Origin: Fibrobacterales bacterium
Lineage (GTDB): Bacteria; Fibrobacterota; Fibrobacteria; Fibrobacterales; JAOPTW01
Assembly: GCA_051532055.1 (NCBI GenBank)
Contig: JAOPTX010000006.1
Span: forward strand, 1 to 43,041
Direction of reading: 5' to 3'
Length of the DNA stretch: 43,041 nucleotides
Shown: positions 1 to 8,317 of the stretch, in pieces
Layout of the letters: the number at the start of each line of letters is the position of its first letter
How positions within the stretch are numbered: the first letter of the stretch is position 1
Notes under the pieces: model-generated
Told to the model about the DNA's origin: nothing
Database searches by the model: none
What the model saw: only the letters and a program-made list of their open reading frames with translations
Program-made: the position numbers and the translations under genes

Positions 1-349
1 CATATATCTCTTCGGGAATAATCGTTTTAGTATCTGGGTTTGCTTCGAGCCCTACCATGAGGTTTTCTACTACCGAAAGCTTTGGGAATATATGACGTCC
101 TTGGGGTACGAGCGCAATACCTTGACGTGCCCGAGCCCACGCATTGCGTTTGGTGATATCTTTTCCATCGAGAAGAATAGACCCTGACTTTGCAGGGAGG
201 GTACCCATGATGTTTTTCATAAGGGTTGTTTTGCCCACACCATTTCTGCCAGTAATACAGGTAATTTTACCGGGATTAGCTTTGAGTGAAATACCGTGGA
301 GTGCTTTAACTTCGCCATAGGCGTATGTAATGTCATTAATTTCAATCAT
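1..349 (-). CDS. urtE: Urea ABC transporter ATP-binding subunit UrtE (partial, runs off window start)
   Basis: Manual translation from ATG at 349 gives MIEINDITYAYGEVKALHGISL...GRNGVGKTT (Walker A)...VPQGRHIFPKLSVVENL, a LivF/UrtE pattern. Lies directly downstream of urtD. Confidence 0.9.
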   Translation of the reverse strand, partial: MIEINDITYAYGEVKALHGISLKANPGKITCITGRNGVGKTTLMKNIMGTLPAKSGSILLDGKDITKRNAWARARQGIALVPQGRHIFPKLSVVENLMVGLEANPDTKTIIPEEIY

Positions 350-351
350 AA

Positions 352-1137
352 TTATCTTCCTAGATAGGCCTCCACAACTCGTGGATCTTCTCGGAGGGTG
401 TCGAGCATACCTTCGGCCAATACCTTGCCTTCATTTAAAACAGTAACCGTTGAATTGAGAGAACGAACAAAATCCATATCGTGCTCAATAACAATTATAG
501 TGTGATCGCCTTTTAATTCTAAGAGGAGTTCGGCGGTGAGTTCGGTTTCATGGTCTGTGAGTCCTGCAGCGGGTTCATCAACTAAGAGTAGTTTAGGCTT
601 GGCCACAATAAGCATACTGATGGCGAGCCATTGTCTCTGACCATGAGAGAGATACTTGGCTTGCATATCGCGTGCTTCTAATAAATTGACTCGGTCAAGT
701 ATCGAGAGTATAGAGTCGCGCTCTTCGGCAGACTCTTTACTCCATAGGTTTTGCAATACATTACGATCCCTGGGCAGAGCGAGTTCCATATTCTGATATA
801 CGGTTAAGCTATCAAAAACAGTTGGGGTCTGCATCTTTCTTCCAATGCCCATACGGGCAATTTCAATATCACTTTTTTTAGTGATATCACCACCTCCAAC
901 GAAGACTTTCCCTGACGTTACATTTGTTTTGCCTGAGATCGCGTCACACATGGTTGATTTGCCGGCACCATTGGGGCCAATGACTACGCGGAGTTCATTG
1001 TAGTACACCCCAAATGAGTTTATGTCAAGTGCTCTAAATCCATCAAATTCCATAACAAGGTTTTCAAGGTAGACCATGTAGTGGTCGGCACCGTGAATTG
1101 AGGCGGTGTAATTATCATCTACTTGGGGGAGACTCAT
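352..1137 (-). CDS. urtD: Urea ABC transporter ATP-binding subunit UrtD
   Basis: GPNGAGKST Walker A, LSHGQRQWL signature typical of UrtD, LLLVDEP Walker B, IEHDM H-loop, C-terminal EAYLGR. Confidence 0.93.
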   Translation of the reverse strand: MSLPQVDDNYTASIHGADHYMVYLENLVMEFDGFRALDINSFGVYYNELRVVIGPNGAGKSTMCDAISGKTNVTSGKVFVGGGDITKKSDIEIARMGIGRKMQTPTVFDSLTVYQNMELALPRDRNVLQNLWSKESAEERDSILSILDRVNLLEARDMQAKYLSHGQRQWLAISMLIVAKPKLLLVDEPAAGLTDHETELTAELLLELKGDHTIIVIEHDMDFVRSLNSTVTVLNEGKVLAEGMLDTLREDPRVVEAYLGR

Positions 1138-2609
1138 ACTGCTCTCCTTTGTGAAAAGAGGTTGGTGATTGATTTTAGTATATTCTCGCGGTTGGGAATT
1201 ATGGAAAAGATCGAAAGTAACCCTGCAAGAAAATAGTACTTTACTTGAGCATCAAAGAGCAAGTACATTGTGTCGTCAGGTATGAGGTCTAGTCCGGTCA
1301 TTAAAAAGAAAGAGGCGATTACAGCAATTGATGCAGTGATATAGCTCGGTGCTTTATATAAAAAATAGATGAATGGTATGTAAAGAACGGTATATTTGAT
1401 GAGGGCGGCAATTGCTGACTTTTCTGCCATCTCAAACGAGAGGAGGCCTGTTTTAACAAGAATACCAATAAGAATAGTGTAGCCTACAAACAATGCTCCA
1501 TAGAGAAGTCCTTTTTTGTTGTGAAGAAATTCCTTTTCGAGTTTACCCCAGAGTCCTACAAACCCATCAGGGAAGAGGAGTACCACTAAGAGGAACATAC
1601 CCCCTTGTATAAAGGGCCAAACTTGGGGTAAATCTGAGGTGAGGGATGAGAATGCAAGGTTGGTGATCAGTGCGCCAAATATGGCACCCCATAAATGACC
1701 GCGTCCACCAAGGGCAACCCAAATAACCATCCAAATAGAATCTTCAACGCGCATGATATTTGGAGTGATGATTCCATTTTGTGGTACATAGAGCATGCCA
1801 GCGATACCGGCAATAGCTGCTGCAAGTACAAAGGCAAACATTTTGAGCATATATGGTTTATAGCCAATGAAATTTAAAAGCATCTCTTTGTCTCTAATTG
1901 AGATGAGGAGTCTACCGAGTCTACTGCTTGTGATGAATTTACTTCCCAGAAATATAAGGGTGAGGACTACTGCCGTAAGGAGGTAGAGGCCGATGATCCA
2001 ACGGGTATCCTGATTGAGTGGTTTGTAAAAATTGGTCAGTCCATTGGTGCCACCTAAGAGCATCTCATTTCTGCAAAAGGCAAGATAGGCCCCCCATGCG
2101 ATTGCCTGGGTAATAATGGTGAAATAGACTCCTTTTACGCGACTACTAAAGACAACATATCCTATGATCATTGCAACAATCGAAGGGAGTGCAATGGTCA
2201 TAATAAGCATCACAGGGAAGCTACTGAACGGTTCCCAAAAGAAGGGTAGCTCATTGACGTTGTTGAAAAAGAAAAACTGAGGAATGTCGTTGTACTCAGG
2301 GCGGACATCACCTCCACCACCGGGTAGACTGAGAAACATTGCCATTGCATAGCCGCCAAGACAGAAAAAGAGTGCTTGGCAGAGGCCGAGAATTCCAGTA
2401 TACCCCCATAAAATGTCTATACCGATTGCACAAATTGCGAAACAGAGATAGCGGCCGAGTTTATTAACGGTTTGTGGCTCTACAATACCTGCAATAGCAA
2501 GAATGGGCACCATAAAAAAGAGTGCAATGAGAACGAGTGCCACGGCAATTTTTCTCATTTTTTTAAGTTCAGGATCAACATGGATCGTTCTTTCGTCAAC
2601 ACTAGTCAT
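1134..2609 (-). CDS. urtC: Urea ABC transporter permease UrtC with a hydrophobic C-terminal extension
   Basis: GRYLCFAI..WGYTGILGLCQ, GVYFTIITQA, GGTNGLT and WVALGGRG motifs. Start placed at ATG 2609 (MTSVDE), overlapping the urtB stop; the ORF track extends it to 2684. Confidence 0.9.
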   Translation of the reverse strand: MTSVDERTIHVDPELKKMRKIAVALVLIALFFMVPILAIAGIVEPQTVNKLGRYLCFAICAIGIDILWGYTGILGLCQALFFCLGGYAMAMFLSLPGGGGDVRPEYNDIPQFFFFNNVNELPFFWEPFSSFPVMLIMTIALPSIVAMIIGYVVFSSRVKGVYFTIITQAIAWGAYLAFCRNEMLLGGTNGLTNFYKPLNQDTRWIIGLYLLTAVVLTLIFLGSKFITSSRLGRLLISIRDKEMLLNFIGYKPYMLKMFAFVLAAAIAGIAGMLYVPQNGIITPNIMRVEDSIWMVIWVALGGRGHLWGAIFGALITNLAFSSLTSDLPQVWPFIQGGMFLLVVLLFPDGFVGLWGKLEKEFLHNKKGLLYGALFVGYTILIGILVKTGLLSFEMAEKSAIAALIKYTVLYIPFIYFLYKAPSYITASIAVIASFFLMTGLDLIPDDTMYLLFDAQVKYYFLAGLLSIFSIIPNRENILKSITNLFSQRRAV

Positions 2610-4320
2610 CTGCGTGTCTCCCTTTTGCGGGGAAGAGCCCCGACGGTTTCCATTGGAGAAAAAGTACAATAAGTCCGAGTACAATTACTTTACCGTACAC
2701 AGCTCCCATAAAAGGTTCAATATATTTTGAGACAAATCCAAGGCCGAGTCCACCAACAATTGCACCAGCAATTTTACCGACACCACCAAGTACTACAACC
2801 ATAAAACTATCTACGACATAACTTTGTCCCATGCTTGGGTTGATTTTATCAAAGAGTGGAACAACACATCCGGCAAGTCCGGCAAGTCCAGCGCCAATTG
2901 AAAAGGCAAGACCATCAATTTTTCGAACAGATACACCCAGGCTATTTGCAGTTTCTCTGTCTTGAGTTGTAGCTCTGAGTAATAAGCCAAGTCGTGTCTT
3001 GTTAATCATGAGGTAAAATAAGGTTACTGCGCCAGCACAATAGAAGATAATGAAAATCCGATTTACAGGGAGAGTCAGGTCCGTTGCAATTTCAACACCG
3101 CCTGAAAGCCAGGATGGTGGGGTGAGTGAGAGAGTGTCTCCAAAAATTACTCGTACTGATTGAATAAAAACAAGGCTGAGCCCCCATGTTGCAAGAATTG
3201 TTTCAAAGGGGCGCCCATAGAGGTGTTTGATAAGAAACATTTCGCAGAGATATCCAACAAATCCGGAAACAAGGAACGCCATGGGGATGGCAAATATAAA
3301 GTAGAGGTCAAAGTAGGCTTCTGGAATAAATAGCTTAAAGGCTTCACATACGGCATATGTCGTAAAAGCTCCAATCATCATGAACTCGCCATGGGCCATG
3401 TTGATAACCCCCATGAGGCCGAATATTACCGAAAGACCGAGAGCCATCAATATTAAAATTGAACCAAGGCTGAGTCCTGAAAATGTGTCACGTACAATAC
3501 GTACTATTTGTTGATACCCATTTGCTTTGTCGAGTGCGGTATTGAGTGCATGGGTGAATCCTGTTGCTCTATTTGCTGGCGGGGCCTTCAGGGCCTTTTC
3601 AAGCGCTCCCACTGCCCGTGAAGAGCCAATCTCACCGAGGGTAAATGCGGCATTAAGTTTTTCGAGATCAGTTCCAAAGGCAAGAGTGAGACGAGCAAGA
3701 GACTCAGTTAATATCTCGCTATTTTTATAGGGGATAGTTGATTCTATTTTTTTAAGGTACGAAATCAGGGTAGTATCCATTTTGTCGGTAACAGAAGTGA
3801 TTGCATTTCTCTGAATGGTAATATCTGGAGAGGTGAGTGATAAAATTTGTATGACGTTTGAAATGTCTCGCCTGTCTGACCTGAGTGCTTTAATGTTGTC
3901 ATTGGGTATTCGAGTAACAATTGTTTGTTGTTTTGAAACGGAACTTGAATCAAAGGAAACGGTTGTAGGAGTGTAGTTCACCGAACCGTCAGGGGCTTTT
4001 TTCATACTATATATTACATACTGACCATTTGCATAAGTAAGCTGGCCATTTTTATAGGAGTTAAGTAATGGAATAAAAGCAGGGGTTCCAAACTGCTTGA
4101 TCGTATTAAAAAGGGTATCTCGTTGGGCTGATTCTGAAGTATCTAAAAGTGTCAGCCATTCGGTAAAGTGGTCTTGGGAAATGCCCTGATTAGATTTAGC
4201 CGAATTATAAAGGGTTATTTCTGGGGCTTGAGTTACTAACTGATTGGAATCAGGGGGTGTAGTGTCGGCATAAAGCGACGCAATTAAGAGTGCCAGTAGC
4301 ACCAGTATATTTTTTTTCAC
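2602..4320 (-). CDS. urtB: Urea ABC transporter permease UrtB with N-terminal signal and HEAT-like periplasmic region
   Basis: GLSLGSILILMALGLSVIFGLMGVINMAHGEFMMIGA, LYGRPFETILATWG, SFMVVVLGGVG. GTG start with GGAGGG SD upstream. Confidence 0.92.
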   Translation of the reverse strand: MKKNILVLLALLIASLYADTTPPDSNQLVTQAPEITLYNSAKSNQGISQDHFTEWLTLLDTSESAQRDTLFNTIKQFGTPAFIPLLNSYKNGQLTYANGQYVIYSMKKAPDGSVNYTPTTVSFDSSSVSKQQTIVTRIPNDNIKALRSDRRDISNVIQILSLTSPDITIQRNAITSVTDKMDTTLISYLKKIESTIPYKNSEILTESLARLTLAFGTDLEKLNAAFTLGEIGSSRAVGALEKALKAPPANRATGFTHALNTALDKANGYQQIVRIVRDTFSGLSLGSILILMALGLSVIFGLMGVINMAHGEFMMIGAFTTYAVCEAFKLFIPEAYFDLYFIFAIPMAFLVSGFVGYLCEMFLIKHLYGRPFETILATWGLSLVFIQSVRVIFGDTLSLTPPSWLSGGVEIATDLTLPVNRIFIIFYCAGAVTLFYLMINKTRLGLLLRATTQDRETANSLGVSVRKIDGLAFSIGAGLAGLAGCVVPLFDKINPSMGQSYVVDSFMVVVLGGVGKIAGAIVGGLGLGFVSKYIEPFMGAVYGKVIVLGLIVLFLQWKPSGLFPAKGRHADD

Positions 4321-4340
4321 AAACCCTCCACTGTCTGATT

Positions 4341-4370
4341 AAAAAAGAGACCCTCCTCAGGAGAGGAGGG
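4341..4370 (-). terminator. Stem-loop between urtA and urtB (partial terminator or mRNA stabiliser)
   Basis: Minus strand reads CCCTCCTC-TCCT-GAGGAGGG (8-bp stem) followed by TCTCTTTTTT. Confidence 0.7.
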
Positions 4371-4437
4371 CTTATGTCGTATTGTATATTGGCTCTTAGA
4401 GAACCGGGGTACTCATCCTTAATGTGTATGCTCTATC

Positions 4438-5664
4438 TTATGGACGACCAATGAGTGCAAATGGATTAGGCTCTACGAGTCCTGGTGTTTGCCATACAAC
4501 GTCGAACTGTCCGTCTGCTCTGATTTCACCAATAAGAACAGGTTTGTAGGTGTGGTGGTTTGTTGCGTGAATTTTCTTAGGGCCACCTGGTGCAGGGAAC
4601 TCAAGACCGCTGAGTGCTGCTTTTACTTTTTCTACATCAAAGCTTCCTGCTTTTTCAACGGCTTTTGCCCATGCGTATACGCCAAAGTATGCTGCTTCGA
4701 TTGGATCATCAGTTACACGATTTTCTCCACCAGGGAGACCTTTCTTTTTACAGTATGCTTTGAATGCTTTTACGAAGGCATTGTTTTCAGGAGTATTTAC
4801 AGACTGGTAGTAGTTCCATGCCGCTAAGTGACCAGCAAGATACTGTGTCTCCATTGCACGGAGTTCATCTTCAGCAACTGAGAATGCCATGATTGGACAG
4901 AATTCCGAGGTAAGACCTTGGTTTGCAAATTCTTTATAAAATGGAACATTTGAATCACCATTGATTGTTGAGAGAACAACAGCATCACCATCTTTGCCGA
5001 ATTTCTTGATTTCTGCTACGATAGTTTGATAATCTGCGTGTCCAAATGGTGTGTACACTTCTATGATGTTCTCGTCAGCTACACCTTTTGATTTAAGGAA
5101 GAGTTTAAGAACTTTGTTTGCAGTGCGAGGGAAGACATAGTCTGTTCCAAGGAGATAAAATTTCTTTTTTGAGCCACCTGCTTTACTCATCATGTATTCT
5201 GCAGCAGGGATGAGCTGTTGATTGGGAGTTGCACCTGTGTAGTAGATGTATGGCGATTCTTCAACACCTTCATATTGTACAGGGTAGAAAAGGAGTGACT
5301 TGTTCGCTTCGTATACCGGAAGAACTGATTTACGAGAAACAGATGTCCAACAACCAAATGTTGCGGCCACTTTCTCTTTAAGGATTAGCTCTTTTGCTTT
5401 TTCTGCAAAAAGGTCCCAGTTAGATGCAGGGTCAACGGCTACCGGTTTGATAGTGTGGCCGAGTACTCCGCCTTTTGCATTAATCTCTTCAACAGCCATC
5501 TCAACTACATCCTTCAACGATGTTTCTGAGATTGCCATTGTCCCGGTAAGGGAATGGAGAATTCCAATTTTTACTTCTTTAGCCGGTGCCGCTGTTTCAG
5601 CTTTTTCTTTACAGGCACTGATCGTAAGCAGTGCTGCGGCTGCGAGTGTGGTGAGTAATTTCAT
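4438..5664 (-). CDS. urtA: Urea ABC transporter substrate-binding lipoprotein UrtA
   Basis: GILHSLTGTMAISE, DPASNW, FGCWTSVSRKSVLP, YPVQYEG, GTDYVFPRT, STINGDSNVPFY. Start at MKLLTT (5664) gives lipobox ISAC. Confidence 0.95.
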   Translation of the reverse strand: MKLLTTLAAAALLTISACKEKAETAAPAKEVKIGILHSLTGTMAISETSLKDVVEMAVEEINAKGGVLGHTIKPVAVDPASNWDLFAEKAKELILKEKVAATFGCWTSVSRKSVLPVYEANKSLLFYPVQYEGVEESPYIYYTGATPNQQLIPAAEYMMSKAGGSKKKFYLLGTDYVFPRTANKVLKLFLKSKGVADENIIEVYTPFGHADYQTIVAEIKKFGKDGDAVVLSTINGDSNVPFYKEFANQGLTSEFCPIMAFSVAEDELRAMETQYLAGHLAAWNYYQSVNTPENNAFVKAFKAYCKKKGLPGGENRVTDDPIEAAYFGVYAWAKAVEKAGSFDVEKVKAALSGLEFPAPGGPKKIHATNHHTYKPVLIGEIRADGQFDVVWQTPGLVEPNPFALIGRP

Positions 5665-5820
5665 ACTTGTCCTTTGTATTTTGTTGTGGGGATTTTGTGA
5701 AAAGTGCTGCTGATGGGAACATTTCCCCCTGAAGGGGTCGGATAAGTATGAACAAATCAGCAGCACAAAGGTTTCATTTTTTTAAGCAGTAGTACAAGGC
5801 ACAGTCAGGTGCCTTCTCTA

Positions 5821-6867
5821 TTAAAACGTTGCTGTGAATTCAGTTCCAAAAGATATTCCGGCATCTGCATCTTTATTAGCGTCGCCAATTCCTTGATCTA
5901 CACCAGCCCAAAGAAGAAAGCTTGCATCGTCAGCCACTGAAAAGTATGCTGTTGGGTATGTTCCAATCATAGCTGATTTTGCATCTTTTGCACCGCTATG
6001 ATATTCAAGTGGAAGGCCTACTGAAACAATGTCATTGATTGGCATGCCAGGCTCAACATAAAGAAACATCTCTTCCCATAGATCAACTACGGTGCTATCT
6101 TCTAACGTTTCAGTGTAGTATGTTGGTAGGGCGTCAACAGCGGCTGGGTTGTCTCCAGTGATGGCCATATAGAAAGATGCTACAATATTAAAGTTTCCGA
6201 GGTCTATTGATGGGTCAATGGTAAAAGCTGTTGTTGCATCCATATCTTTTGCAGTGTGAACACCGATTGAAGATTTGAGTCCAAATGCTCCTGAAGTAAA
6301 AGCAAGGTCAGCGCCAGCAGTTATTGGTGTTTCATCACCCAGTACTGCCTGTATGTAAGGGGTTGCTGAGAGGTCGCCGGTTTTGATTGCGTATGATGCA
6401 TAGAGTGCTGCGTCAGTGCCGCCCACTCCGCCAAGATATGCTGTTAATGCTTCGGTACTGAGGCCAACACCACGAGTAGCAAATTCTTGTAGTACTGTAG
6501 ACTTTCTTTTTAATATGTAGTAACTCATTTTTTCACTATTATAAATGAGGTCACCGACCATTACAGTACCGAAGTCTGTACCGTAGTTTAATGTAACACC
6601 ATCAAAATCCACAGATCCCCAGCGTTTCTCTGGGTCGGCATCAATGTTATTCATGGTGGTGTATAAATCAACACTTACTTTTTCACTAAATTTTAAAGAT
6701 GTGGTGAGGTCGATTTCGTGATATTCAGAGTAATCAATTGTCCCGTCTTCAGAGTTAACGATACCGCCAGATCCACCTAAAATATATCCACTAAATCCTA
6801 CCTCAGCTGCATACATTGTCGTTGCTGCTAATGCTAATCCCATCAATGACTTTTTCATTATACTCAT
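5821..6867 (-). CDS. Putative outer-membrane porin (beta-barrel), first gene of the urt operon
   Basis: Sec signal MKKSLMGLALAATTMYA, amphipathic beta strands, C-terminal GTEFTATF with terminal Phe. AGGAG SD; co-oriented upstream of urtA. Confidence 0.72.
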   Translation of the reverse strand: MSIMKKSLMGLALAATTMYAAEVGFSGYILGGSGGIVNSEDGTIDYSEYHEIDLTTSLKFSEKVSVDLYTTMNNIDADPEKRWGSVDFDGVTLNYGTDFGTVMVGDLIYNSEKMSYYILKRKSTVLQEFATRGVGLSTEALTAYLGGVGGTDAALYASYAIKTGDLSATPYIQAVLGDETPITAGADLAFTSGAFGLKSSIGVHTAKDMDATTAFTIDPSIDLGNFNIVASFYMAITGDNPAAVDALPTYYTETLEDSTVVDLWEEMFLYVEPGMPINDIVSVGLPLEYHSGAKDAKSAMIGTYPTAYFSVADDASFLLWAGVDQGIGDANKDADAGISFGTEFTATF

Positions 6868-6920
6868 CCTATCTCCTAATTGATTTGTGTTTTGTTGTAT
6901 TTTACTTTAACTCCTACTTA

Positions 6921-6937
6921 AGCGATTGCCGTGCCAA
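6921..6937 (-). promoter_or_regulatory. Sigma54 (-24/-12) promoter for the porin-urt operon
   Basis: Minus strand TTGGCACGGCAATCGCT against consensus TGGCACG-N4-TTGCW, with GG and GC correctly spaced, about 55 nt upstream of the porin ATG. Fits nitrogen regulation. Confidence 0.85.
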
Positions 6938-6989
6938 AAGTAAATCATGGCTTTTAGGGTTAAATACACCAAATATGAAGGACAGATGA

Positions 6990-7032
6990 TTACAAAAATG
7001 TTGAATCAACAATTTAATCGACAAATTTGTAA
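6990..7032. promoter_or_regulatory. Nested inverted repeats, candidate upstream activator site of the sigma54 promoter
   Basis: TTACAAAAATGTTGA...TCGACAAATTTGTAA (imperfect IR) overlapping the palindrome TGTTGA-A-TCAACA (6999-7011), 55-95 nt upstream of the -24 element. Confidence 0.45.
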
Positions 7033-7315
7033 ATACCGGCACGGGTTTAGTATTGGCTGATTGCATGGTTGTTTGTGTTATTTTATGTGAGTAATAGGAG
7101 GTAATGGGGCCCGGCTGCTATTTTTGGCATTGAAATATAGCCAGATTGGGAGGTCTACATTTATGTGTTGAAGGTTACTGAAGGATTGCCCTGATGTGTG
7201 GTATAGTATTTTGTGTATATAGAGTATTTTTCGATAAAGTGTGTATCCCATCACAGATACCATCACTTGGACTTAACTAAGTAGTTTCTTTTGCTAATTT
7301 AATAACCTTGTGGAT

Positions 7316-7333
7316 TGTAAATTTTCGTTCACA
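7316..7333. promoter_or_regulatory. TGTAAA-N6-TTCACA dyad (TyrR-box-like) upstream of the 7421 cassette
   Basis: tgtaaa ttttcg ttcaca; one mismatch to TGTAAA-N6-TTTACA. A perfect copy is at 14888. Confidence 0.3.
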
Positions 7334-7420
7334 CTTATTTTAGAGCTTTAATATTTAGTACTATAGTTTTTTACCAAAAAGCTCTTTCTAAGCCTAATTG
7401 GGATACTAAAAGGAACTACT

Positions 7421-8317
7421 ATGGCAGATCTTACTTTTTCGGGCCAAACAGATGAACTTATTACCGTCGACCTTCCCTCACGCATAATTTATGCAAAATG
7501 GAGAGGCAACGCTACCTCTGCAGGTGGTGTTATCACTATTGAAGTGATGACTCAATGGGTCGCGAATGGCTCTGCTATCAAAGTCACCATAAAAGACCGT
7601 GATGATGGTCAGGTAGAGGTTATTGAAGGCAAAGTGTGGAATAACCTTTTTAGAAAGGATTATGTTCCCGAGCCTAATGATACACAAGGTTTAAAATTTA
7701 CCGCTGAACTTGCTGATCATAGTCTTGAGGCTGATAGTAATATTATGCGGGTTTTTCCGACAGTTACTATAGAGAATCTTCAGTTTTTGAATGGTGAAGA
7801 TGAGGCGGTGCTAGAGTCTGTTAAGGATGGACAAGCTGTGATACTTGATGCAGAAATTACTGGGCCTCCTGACGGAACTAAATGTATTGTTACCCTGAAT
7901 GAACAGTATTCTGAAACTGATTATCGTTTGGTCTTTTCTCAAGAAGTGAAAACAGAGGCGGGGCATGTTAAAGTGCCATGGGAAGAAAAATTAAGTAAAG
8001 AGATGGATGAGATTAAAACTCATGAAACTCTTGCAAAAGATGCTGAAGATTATTTTCAGCCTAGCTACTACTTCACGGTAGAGTCGTATGGTACGACTGG
8101 AAGGTCAGAGAAAATTATATTGGTAAATGAGATGGTGTTATATTATCGTGAAGCTGAAGGGAAGGCTGGTGAATATGAAGGCAAGACTATTAAGGTTATA
8201 GCGCCTGATGGTGAAGAAGTTTCTTTAACTGTTCCAGCTGATGGTAAAGTTGTTGTAGAACAAACTAAGCCGGGCTTGTATAGTATTGATGAAAGTGGGT
8301 TAGAAGATGCCGAGTAA
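7421..8317 (+). CDS. Hypothetical acidic beta-rich protein with a C-terminal transthyretin/carboxypeptidase-regulatory-like segment; candidate secretion adaptor
   Basis: 298 aa, AAGGA SD, no signal peptide. C-terminus KTIKVIAPDGEEVSLTVPADGKVVVEQTKPGLYSI resembles TTR-like extensions of VgrG/PAAR proteins (by recall). Overlaps the next gene by 11 nt. Confidence 0.6.
   Translation: MADLTFSGQTDELITVDLPSRIIYAKWRGNATSAGGVITIEVMTQWVANGSAIKVTIKDRDDGQVEVIEGKVWNNLFRKDYVPEPNDTQGLKFTAELADHSLEADSNIMRVFPTVTIENLQFLNGEDEAVLESVKDGQAVILDAEITGPPDGTKCIVTLNEQYSETDYRLVFSQEVKTEAGHVKVPWEEKLSKEMDEIKTHETLAKDAEDYFQPSYYFTVESYGTTGRSEKIILVNEMVLYYREAEGKAGEYEGKTIKVIAPDGEEVSLTVPADGKVVVEQTKPGLYSIDESGLEDAE

Noticed and set aside
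3480..4320. Long N-terminal HEAT-like domain on UrtB as a novel fusion
   Set aside because: Such N-terminal periplasmic extensions are already known in many UrtB proteins.
7078..7266. 62-aa minus-strand ORF in the intergenic region
   Set aside because: No recognisable SD or family, and it lies in regulatory DNA between divergent operons.
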